In this document: positions 44,401 to 52,700 of the stretch, in pieces
Layout of the letters: each line of letters starts with the position of its first letter
Position numbering within the stretch: the stretch's first letter is position 1
Virus record (IMG/VR): IMGVR_UViG_3300017909_004107
Span: 56,974 to 120,973 of that record
Strand: one strand, 5' to 3'
DNA: 64,000 nucleotides
Source of the DNA: a virus
Taxonomy: Duplodnaviria; Caudoviricetes
Translations under genes and position numbers: made by a program
Notes under the pieces: generated by a model
The model's database searches: none
Seen by the model: the letters and a program-made list of their open reading frames with translations, nothing else
Told to the model about the DNA's origin: nothing

Positions 44401-47400
44401 ATTAGACCAAGAGTAGCAGATTATTCTGGTTCATTATCTCCGTTTGAGTGGAGTTCAAGAATATTCTCAGGATCCGGTCAATCAGTATCAAATGTTCTTG
44501 TCTCTGATGAGAATATCACATTTGATTATAAGTATTATCTTGGTAGAATAGACAGACTGTTTTTAAATAGTGATTCTACTTTCACACTTGTTGAAGGAAA
44601 CGCTGCTAGATCACCTCAAAGACCTGAAGCAGTTGACAGTTCATTTGAATTAGCAGAGATTACATATGCTCCATATGTATTTGATGTGAATAGAGACATC
44701 ACAATTGAAACTAGAGGTAATAAGAGATACACCATGAAAGATATTGGTGCTATCGAAAAACGAATTGAAAATGTAGAATTTGCAACTTCACTATCATTAC
44801 TAGAGGCAAAAACTGAAGCATTAGTTGTCAAAGATCCAGATACAGGATTAGATAGTTTTAAAACTGGTTTTGCGGTAGATAATTTTAGTACTTTTGCTTT
44901 AGCGGATACCACTATACCAGAATTAAAATATGATATAGAAGACGGTGCTGCTGTGGCAAGAGCAAACTATGATGTTATTGACCTACTCATTGGATCTGAA
45001 TCAATAATTGGTTTGTCAGGTGTTCCCAACAATGCAGTTGATATTAGATATGCAACTGACCTAGGTTCTCAGAATGTTAAGAAAATAGGTTCCAAGGTTC
45101 TTTTGGATTATCAAGAAGTTGTAGATTTTGATCAACCATTTGCGAGTAGAGTCATAAATGTCAATCCATATGATGTTGTCACATGGCTTGGACAGATGTT
45201 TATAAATCCAACCGAGGACGTATGGGTAGAAAGAGAGTTCAAGAGTTTTGATGGTGGTTTTGGTGTTACAGAGGTAATTACAGAAACTGAATCTATACCA
45301 AATCTTAGATCACAGAACATTGCATTTACAGGAAATAGACTAAAACCCGGAACTAAGTTTTTTAGTTCATTCTCTAGAACAGATATGTCAGATGACAGAA
45401 GTTTGACAGTTCCAAAACTAATTGAAGTCACACCAATCAAAGGTGCATTCCAAATTGGCGAAACAGTAACAGGTAAACTTCTTAATAATCAAAACACAAA
45501 TATAATTCCTGAAATTAGATTTCGTGTTGCTACACCTAATCATAAAGATGGTCCATATAATGCCCCTACATTAGTATATGAATCGAGTCCATATGACGGT
45601 GCCGGTATATCATCTTCTTATAGTGACACAAGCACACTTATAAACGTTGACACTGGTAGTTTGAATCAGAAATCTGATGAAAGATTTTTTGGTAATATTG
45701 TCAAAGATATGAGACTTGTCGGTGAAACAAGTAATGCAGAAGCACAAGTCAAAGAAGTCAGATTAATTTCAGATGAATTTGGTGCGTTACTAGGGTCTAT
45801 TCATATTCCTACTGGCAATCCTAGTTTTACTAATGGAAGCAATACTGTTGCTATTAGTGCTGCTAAAGGAGATGTAACACAAAAACCCGGAGAATTGCCA
45901 ATAAGTAAGGCAAGTTCAAACTTCTTCTCCAGAGGAGAATTGATTACACAGACCACTATAAACCGAGTGGCACCCCCACCCCCTCCACCACCACCTAATA
46001 ACTTTCAGGGAGATGACCCTCTTGCACAATCTTTCAATGTGACAGAGTATCCCGGAATCTTTATGACATCTGTGGATATGTTCTTCTTCACAAAGAGTAA
46101 AAATATACCTGTAGAAGTAAGATTGGTTCATGTAGAAAATGGATATCCAACAACTCGTTCAATAGCAAGTAAAGTTTTGGAACCAAGTCAGGTTAATACA
46201 TCTGACAATGGAACAGTGCCGACTAATTTCAAGTTTGATTTCCCAGTATATCTTCCTGCAGGAGAATATGCTTTTGTGATCTTAGCATCTACTCAAGAGT
46301 ATCAAGCATGGATATGTCGTGTGGGTGAAGATGATATTCTCACAAAAGATTTGCCAGAACTTGCAAAGGTTGTTATTAGTAAACAACCATCAACAGGTTC
46401 TCTATTCAAATCACAAAATGCATCTACTTGGACTGCATCTCAATTAGAAGACCTCAAGTATAAAGCATATAAAGCAAAATTCATAACTGGTCAGGGTACA
46501 TTCAAGATGTACAATCCAGAGTTGCAAACTTTCAATCAAAGAAATCTTTTACCTCCTAATCCAATTGAAGTATTTGATAAGAAAGTTACAGTTGGTCTCT
46601 CCTCTGATTTGAAAAATCCAAATATTGTTGTTGGAACACAAATCAAACAAAACAACAGAACATCTAGTGGGTTTGTTGAAGGAAGATTAGGTGCTGTTGG
46701 TGCAGCAAATACTGGATTGAATATTACTAATGCAGGTATTGGTTACTCAAATACAACCTTTGGCACAGTGAACTTCACAACCTTGACTGGTAACGGATCT
46801 GGTGCAACAGGTATTGTTACTGTGTCAGGTGGAACTGTAGATAGTGTATATGTTCTAAACACAGGATCTGGATATCAAGTTGGTGACACTGTGACCGCAA
46901 CACTTGGAAGTAATAACCTTGGTAGAAACTTGGTATTAACAGTAGGTGTTGTAACATCCACTAATGCATTAAAATTAACAGGTGTAACAGGACAAGATTT
47001 CAACACATCTGAACTTGTACAGTATGTCTCATCAGGAGGATCAACTGAAACTCTTACAGCAATAACTCCAACAAGTGTGACTATCAATTCTGATGAGTTT
47101 GATGGAAAACATATCAGAGTTTCTCATCCCAATCATGGTATGCATGCTTTCAACAATAAAGTTGAACTCACACGTATAGAAGGAGACACTATACCAACAA
47201 ATATTACTGTTGGTTATGGTGCTAGTTCAATTGAAAATATTAGTATAGCATCTTCTGCAAACTTCAACATATTTGAGGGATCACAAGTATCCAGTACCAA
47301 TCCCGGCTTTGCATTAGTTGCAAATGAAATTATTGCTTACACAGGTGTAGGTAATAATATATTGACTGGTATTACAACAAGAGGTGTTGATGGTACAACA

Positions 47401-48399
47401 ACTCAATCATTCTTACCCGGAACACCAATTCAAAAATATGAATTCAAGGGTGTTTCACTTAGAAACATTAATAAAGAGCATAGTTTTGTTGACGTCACAA
47501 ATCCCATCACAGAGAAGATTGGTTTAGATCATTACTTCTTGAATATTGGTGGTACAAAGTCATTTACATCACACTCACTTGGTGGTGGAGTAAATGTAAG
47601 AGCGTCACAAAATATTCAATTTGAATCAATGTTTCCAAACTTGAAACACTCTTTACCTGATGATACAACCATAAATGCTAGTGCAAGAACTACCTCTGGT
47701 ACAAGTATAAGTGGTAATGAAACATCATTCCAAGATCGTGGTTATCAACCTGTTTCTCTAAGTGGCGAGACTCAATTTTCTGACCCTAGAATAATTGCAT
47801 CTAGAGTCAATGAGTCAAATAAACTCACCGCTTTACCCGGTGCTAAGTCATTTACACTTGAAGTAACTATTGGAAGTACAAATGAAAATGTATCACCTGT
47901 TGTTGATGTTTTTGATAGCAATATTACAGTCAAATCAAATAGAGTAAATGCACCGATTGCTAATTATATTACTGATAGAAGATCTAACACATTACTCGAA
48001 GATCCTCATTCATTCTCATATGTAACATCTGTAATTGAATTAGAAAACCCTGCAAGTTCATTGAAAGTTATTCTTTCTGCATTCAAACCCGGAACTTCTG
48101 ACATCAGAGTTCTTTATAGGTTGAGAAGAGCAGATGGGTCTGATATTGATAAGGTGTTTGAACTGATGCCCGGATTCAATAATATTGATATTAATGGTAA
48201 AGTTATAGATGGTAAGAATAATGATGGTAGATCTGATAGACAGATAAGTAATAGTGTGACAGGACAGTTCCTAGAGCATCAGTTCACAGCGAACAGTCTT
48301 CCACAGTTTAGTGGTTATCAGGTAAAGGTTGAAGTAACTTCAACCAATCAGGCACAATCACCAAGCATACGTGACTTTAGAGTGATTGCTTTAGCGTAG
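41401..48399 (+). CDS. vrlC: VrlC-like / DUF4815 large virion structural protein
   Basis: PYFDDFD, VQARELTTLQ, APGADRLKI, LARRTFDESGDY, DPLAQSF. Confidence 0.82.
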   Translation: MPQNTNLNVNPYFDDFDKNKNFNKVLFKPGTPVQARELTTLQSILQDQIEKFGQHMFKEGSVVIPGSVAYDNSYYAVKLESTFFGVPVESYFDKLVGLEIKGKSSGVTAVVKSVLKASKSTQNTTTLYVKYRASNANDKTTQTFQDGENLVTLSDFTFGSTTITTGSDFATCILKNATATGSAFTVVEGVFFARGAFVQVNTETIVLDQYSNNPSYRVGFQVIEEIITAVEDDSLYDNAAGFSNYTAPGADRLKISLRLTKKALDNFQDENFIELFRTNKGDIKKIEVRTIYNEIAKELARRTFDESGDYFVTPFSFEPKESLNDRHSQFGVFFPEETTDDNNTPSKEIVSIKVGPGKAYVKGYETETYGSVFVDSKKPRETELVESSTVPFQAGNLIRLNNVYGGASVGIATTGYVDLRNDRLSTDRDEPAGQSIGRARVYDFKLSAGGYSNAASSFDLFLFDIQTDTEITLNNTLSLSAPALVEGKRSGARGFLRSQTGNILTLHQTAGQFIQDEAITVDGIDNGRIITKVTEFGVNDIHSIRQEVGVQTFSGDTILEPRIVFGGQSFNISAAAGSKSTVSSSSNSWTVGIQTGDIIQYNRSGVTGTVLNRVKTVSPLGTSIEVEAVANVSNVCTGSIPSSAINVSGLSVVSPIIRSSQSGFLFAEMPDRNIESVDLTRSDIFVRDELRGRTINSLGTLDLPTLSGTDFVYAPFDEERYTLLYEDGTIEPLTTDQFVITGGGKGATLSGLSASKNNVVVHVTKQKVKVVAKDKDLRRCESIVVSGSKYSYSGVSTSIGDGLTYNIAYGKRVQDREISLDTADVVRVRAVFESSTNADPTIPSLTFTGLDGPNANNSDLIKGESVIGKVSGASALILGTTGTQSAFTKSSNEGNFIEGEEIYFTESGVGGKVSSATLGDKEISANFILDNGQRAEFYDFGRLIRRQNAPEPSGRIKVFFDKFVINSEDSGELITASSYNSDFYDIVPSFRGRRNTDVVDIRPRVADYSGSLSPFEWSSRIFSGSGQSVSNVLVSDENITFDYKYYLGRIDRLFLNSDSTFTLVEGNAARSPQRPEAVDSSFELAEITYAPYVFDVNRDITIETRGNKRYTMKDIGAIEKRIENVEFATSLSLLEAKTEALVVKDPDTGLDSFKTGFAVDNFSTFALADTTIPELKYDIEDGAAVARANYDVIDLLIGSESIIGLSGVPNNAVDIRYATDLGSQNVKKIGSKVLLDYQEVVDFDQPFASRVINVNPYDVVTWLGQMFINPTEDVWVEREFKSFDGGFGVTEVITETESIPNLRSQNIAFTGNRLKPGTKFFSSFSRTDMSDDRSLTVPKLIEVTPIKGAFQIGETVTGKLLNNQNTNIIPEIRFRVATPNHKDGPYNAPTLVYESSPYDGAGISSSYSDTSTLINVDTGSLNQKSDERFFGNIVKDMRLVGETSNAEAQVKEVRLISDEFGALLGSIHIPTGNPSFTNGSNTVAISAAKGDVTQKPGELPISKASSNFFSRGELITQTTINRVAPPPPPPPPNNFQGDDPLAQSFNVTEYPGIFMTSVDMFFFTKSKNIPVEVRLVHVENGYPTTRSIASKVLEPSQVNTSDNGTVPTNFKFDFPVYLPAGEYAFVILASTQEYQAWICRVGEDDILTKDLPELAKVVISKQPSTGSLFKSQNASTWTASQLEDLKYKAYKAKFITGQGTFKMYNPELQTFNQRNLLPPNPIEVFDKKVTVGLSSDLKNPNIVVGTQIKQNNRTSSGFVEGRLGAVGAANTGLNITNAGIGYSNTTFGTVNFTTLTGNGSGATGIVTVSGGTVDSVYVLNTGSGYQVGDTVTATLGSNNLGRNLVLTVGVVTSTNALKLTGVTGQDFNTSELVQYVSSGGSTETLTAITPTSVTINSDEFDGKHIRVSHPNHGMHAFNNKVELTRIEGDTIPTNITVGYGASSIENISIASSANFNIFEGSQVSSTNPGFALVANEIIAYTGVGNNILTGITTRGVDGTTTQSFLPGTPIQKYEFKGVSLRNINKEHSFVDVTNPITEKIGLDHYFLNIGGTKSFTSHSLGGGVNVRASQNIQFESMFPNLKHSLPDDTTINASARTTSGTSISGNETSFQDRGYQPVSLSGETQFSDPRIIASRVNESNKLTALPGAKSFTLEVTIGSTNENVSPVVDVFDSNITVKSNRVNAPIANYITDRRSNTLLEDPHSFSYVTSVIELENPASSLKVILSAFKPGTSDIRVLYRLRRADGSDIDKVFELMPGFNNIDINGKVIDGKNNDGRSDRQISNSVTGQFLEHQFTANSLPQFSGYQVKVEVTSTNQAQSPSIRDFRVIALA

Positions 48400-48593
48400 T
48401 GAAATTTCCATCCATTCAAGACTTAATAAGGAAGTACGCTCGTCTTCCCAGTAAGAAATTATGGATTGCTGCTTTGAAAATAAATCGTTGGCCAGTCAAA
48501 TGGTGGGACGAAGAAGTAGAAGCAAGAAGGAAAAAAGAAGAACTACGTAAAAAACGAATCAAATCTTTATACCCTAGTAATGGCAAAAAATGA
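48399..48593 (+). CDS. small basic hypothetical protein
   Basis: 64 aa; GTG start overlaps the previous stop. Confidence 0.5.
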   Translation: MKFPSIQDLIRKYARLPSKKLWIAALKINRWPVKWWDEEVEARRKKEELRKKRIKSLYPSNGKK

Positions 48594-48847
48594 TTAATGC
48601 ATGGAGTCTAGCAGCAGAAGTTCTTGAGGGAACTTTAGATGAAAATTACCCAATTATGAAAAAAGCACCTATCAACGATCGCGACGATCTAAAAAGAGAT
48701 CTGAATACTGGAGCGATTGTAAACACAGACACCGTATATTATGAAAAATATATGGCAGAAAAGAATAGAGTCAAATCTCAAAGAAATGAGATTACGGAAT
48801 TGAGAGCAGAGATAGAACTGCTCAAGGCAATGATACGAGATAAATAA
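48590..48847 (+). CDS. hypothetical protein with C-terminal coiled coil
   Basis: RDLNTGAIVNTD. Confidence 0.65.
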   Translation: MINAWSLAAEVLEGTLDENYPIMKKAPINDRDDLKRDLNTGAIVNTDTVYYEKYMAEKNRVKSQRNEITELRAEIELLKAMIRDK

Positions 48848-48866
48848 TCTTAGTATATAAGGTATA

Positions 48867-49229
48867 ATGGCAGTTCCAACAGTCAATTTAGTAATTGAAC
48901 AGGGTGCTGACTTCGCAAGGACTTATTCCTTGAAGAAGGCAGATAATACTCCTTTGGATCTTACTTTCTATACCTTTGAAGCACATATGATCAAGAGTCG
49001 TTCCTCTATTCATAGAGGAATGGAAGGTAATATGATCAGTATGGGCACTACCTTTGGCAACAATCCTGCACAAGGACAACTAACTGTTTCATTTGCATCG
49101 ACAATGACTTCAGTGGGTATTCTGACAGCAGGAAGATATGATTATGATATTGTTATCAAAAACACTAACAATAATAAAAAGACAAAGGTCATTCAAGGTC
49201 AAGCATTAGTAAATGGCACCGCTATCTAA
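48867..49229 (+). CDS. putative virion structural protein
   Basis: NLVIEQGADF...GRYDYDI...KVIQG. Confidence 0.7.
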   Translation: MAVPTVNLVIEQGADFARTYSLKKADNTPLDLTFYTFEAHMIKSRSSIHRGMEGNMISMGTTFGNNPAQGQLTVSFASTMTSVGILTAGRYDYDIVIKNTNNNKKTKVIQGQALVNGTAI

Positions 49230-49645
49230 TGAATGAAGATATTCAATTATTTGTAGTCGAATCAAGTTCTGATTTTGTTGCGTCTATCACAGTAGACGAC
49301 AATAATGTAGCAGACTCAAATCTTACTGGTGATGGTGTCGGAGACCTTATAGTACAATTTGTAGACTCAGTATCAGGAGCAGGGTTATCAGTGTCAAACT
49401 TAAGAGATCTAGGAGATGTAGATTCTACAGCAATACCTTCGGGTTCATCTGCAGGAGATAAATTTGTATTGACATATGATGCATCAAATAATAGATTTAC
49501 GTTTGTAAATCCAGATGCAGTGATAGATGCTGCAGTCGGTGTTGGAGCAACATTCCCACCACCTGTAGGACTCTCTACACAGACAATTGATTACCTTGAT
49601 ACAGCACTAGATGATAAAATAGATTTGGATGCCGGAACATTCTAG
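49229..49645 (+). CDS. putative tail-fibre-associated protein
   Basis: LRDLGDVD, VLTYDA, C-terminal DAGTF. Confidence 0.65.
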   Translation: MNEDIQLFVVESSSDFVASITVDDNNVADSNLTGDGVGDLIVQFVDSVSGAGLSVSNLRDLGDVDSTAIPSGSSAGDKFVLTYDASNNRFTFVNPDAVIDAAVGVGATFPPPVGLSTQTIDYLDTALDDKIDLDAGTF

Positions 49646-49727
49646 GTTAAGAATGTATTAACACTCATAGGGTAGGTATTAGATTTAATAAATAAAAGGG
49701 AGTAAATTTACCAATCTTAAAAAAAAT

Positions 49728-52700
49728 ATGGGATCTCCTGTTTTACAGTTTAAGAGGGGTCAGTTTTCAAATCTACCGGGTCTACGTGCAGGTGAACCGG
49801 GATTTACGACTGACAAATTTGACCTCTATGTGGGAATAGATTCCACAACATCAAGTAATAAATTTTTCGGATCACATCGTTATTGGAACAGAGAAACTGC
49901 AACGGTAGGTTCATCTGTAAGAGTAGTTGAAGGAAGTAATAATGGTTCAAACTATATTGAACTAAAATCACCAAATTCACTTGCACAAAACGTTACCTAT
50001 ACTCTACCTGCAACAGATGTAGCGAACGGTATTTTAGTAAGTGACGGGTCAGGGAATCTATCATATACCACAACAGTTACAGGATCTGGTTCTGGATTAT
50101 CAGCAGGAACTGTTCCTCTTTCATCTCTAGACATAGATGGAGGCTCAGACATAGGTGCTGCTATAGTTGATGCTGATGAGTTTATAGTTGACGACGGTGG
50201 AACCGGTACTAATAGAAAGGTAGACGCTTCTAGAATTAAGGACTATGTTCTTGGTGGTGGACAGGGTGCAAACTTTGCTGCTATTCAGGTAACTGGTATT
50301 AGTACACTAGGATTTGCAGATGCCTCTCAACTCAAAGTATCTGGTGTTTCTACATTTACAGGTACAGTAGATATCAACGGAGCAATCGATGTTGACGGTG
50401 GTGCTAATATCGCCGGTGGTGAAACAGTCCTAAGTTCTGCTACGGTATCTGATCTAACTGATGGAAGAGTTGTTCTTGCAGGCACATCTGGAGCAATAGA
50501 AGATAGCGGTAATCTTACCTTTAATGGTTCGCTTCTAAACGTCACAGGTGCTGTAACTGCATCAGGAACAGTTACTGCCAACCAATTTACTGGATCTGGA
50601 GCAGGATTATCTGGTGGTACAACTCCTATTACTACATTAGATATTGATGGCGGTACAGACGTTGGTGAAGACTTAGTAGATGCCGATTTGATTGTAGTTG
50701 ACAATGGGGCAGGTGGAACAAACCGTAAGTCTACATTATCTAGAGTCAAGAACTATGTTCTTGGTGGTGGACAAGGTGCTACATTTGCTGCAATCAATGT
50801 TACAGGAATTAGTACTCTAGCATTTGTTGATTCAACTCAACTTAAAGTATCTGGTGTTTCTACATTCACAGGTGCTATTGATGCTAATGGAAATTTAGAT
50901 GTAGCAGGAACTGCCACATTTGCCACTCCACTTGCAAACTCCAACTTAGCAAACCCAAGCATGAGTGTTGGTGGAGTCACACTGACACTGGGTGGAACAG
51001 ATGCAACTCCAGCGTTCAACTTGAGTGATGCTACGAGTTATCCTACTACAAGTCTGGTTGGTACTATAACTAATGCTCAACTTGCAGGATCTATTGCAAA
51101 TGACAAACTATCAAATAGCACGGTTTCTTTAGGTGGTGTATCTATAGCATTAGGTGGATCAGATTCTACTCCGGCATTCGATCTTTCAGATGCAACAAAC
51201 TATCCTACCACAAGTCTAACTGGCACCATAACCAATGCTCAATTAGCAGGTTCAATTTCAAATGATAAACTTGCTGGATCAATTGCAAATGACAAGTTAG
51301 CAAACAGCACTGTATCATTTGGTGGTGTAACTCTAGCGTTAGGTGCGTCTGATGCAACTCCAGCATTCGATCTTCAGGATGCGACAAACTATCCTACTTC
51401 AAGTCTAACAGGTACTATAACCAATACTCAACTTGCAGGGTCAATTGCTGATAGTAAACTAAACACAATTACTACAGCAAATAAAGTTGGTCTTGATGCT
51501 TTAGATATTGATGGTGGTACAGATATAGGTGCTGCTATAACTGATTCTGACGAGTTTATTGTAGATGATGGTGGCAACGGTACAAATAGAAAAACAGACG
51601 CCTCACGAATCAAGGACTACGTTCTTGGCGGTGGACAAGGTGCTAACTTCAGTGCTATAAACGTATCTGGAATTGGTTCTATTGCTTTTGCAGATGTTAC
51701 TCAATTAAAAGTATCTGGTGTTTCTACGTTTACAGGCACAGTCGATGTCAATGGTGCTATTGATGCTGACGGTGGTGCTAATATTGCAGGCGGTTTAGTT
51801 GCTAACTCAGCAGCGATTTCAGATCTAACTGACGGAAGAGTTGTTCTTGCAGGCACATCTGGAGAACTAGAAGATTCCGGAAACCTAACATTCAACGGAT
51901 CACAATTAGGTGTAACTGGTACTGTAAATGCTTCAAGCACTGTTACTGGTTCTGAATTCCACACAGGTGCTGAAGGATCTGCAATCAGAGTTACTTCAAA
52001 CACAATCTCAGGACCTGCAACAATCACTCTTGACCCTGCAGGGGTAGGTGACAACACAGGTAAGGTTGTGATCGCGGGTGACTTCCAAGTAGACGGTACA
52101 ACCACTACAGTTAATTCTACAACTGTTACTGTTACTGATAAAAATATTCAACTTGCAGACGGTGCTGCTAACGATGCTGCTGCTGATGGTGGTGGTATTA
52201 CTATTGAATCTGGTGAAGGTAACAAGACATTCCAATTTGAAGCAACAGGTGACAACTTAGGATCTTCTGAGAACCTAAACGTTGCATCTGGTAAAGTATA
52301 CAAGATAAACAACGTAGAGACCTTGAGTGCAACTACTCTTGGATCTGCTGTTGTAAACTCTTCTCTTACTAACGTTGGAACTCTAACTGCACTCACAGTT
52401 TCCGGAACATCAACATTGCAAGGTGATGTAAATTTAGGAGACGCTACAAGTGATACTGTTACTGTAACAGGTCGTTTTGATAGTGACCTTGTTCCTTCAG
52501 CAGATGGCACAAGTGACCTTGGTACATCCGATAACGAGTGGCAGGATCTATTCATTGATGGAACTGCTCATATCGACACACTAGATGTTGATGAGAATGC
52601 AGGAATAATCGGCAATGCAACAGTTGGAGGCACATTAGGTGTTACTGGTGATGGAACATTTTCAGCAGACGTTGATGTCACAGGCACAGTTACTGCTAAT

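Noticed and set aside
45973-45997. C-rich run in vrlC as a frameshift or phase-variation site
   Set aside because: Encodes an in-frame poly-proline linker with mixed codons.
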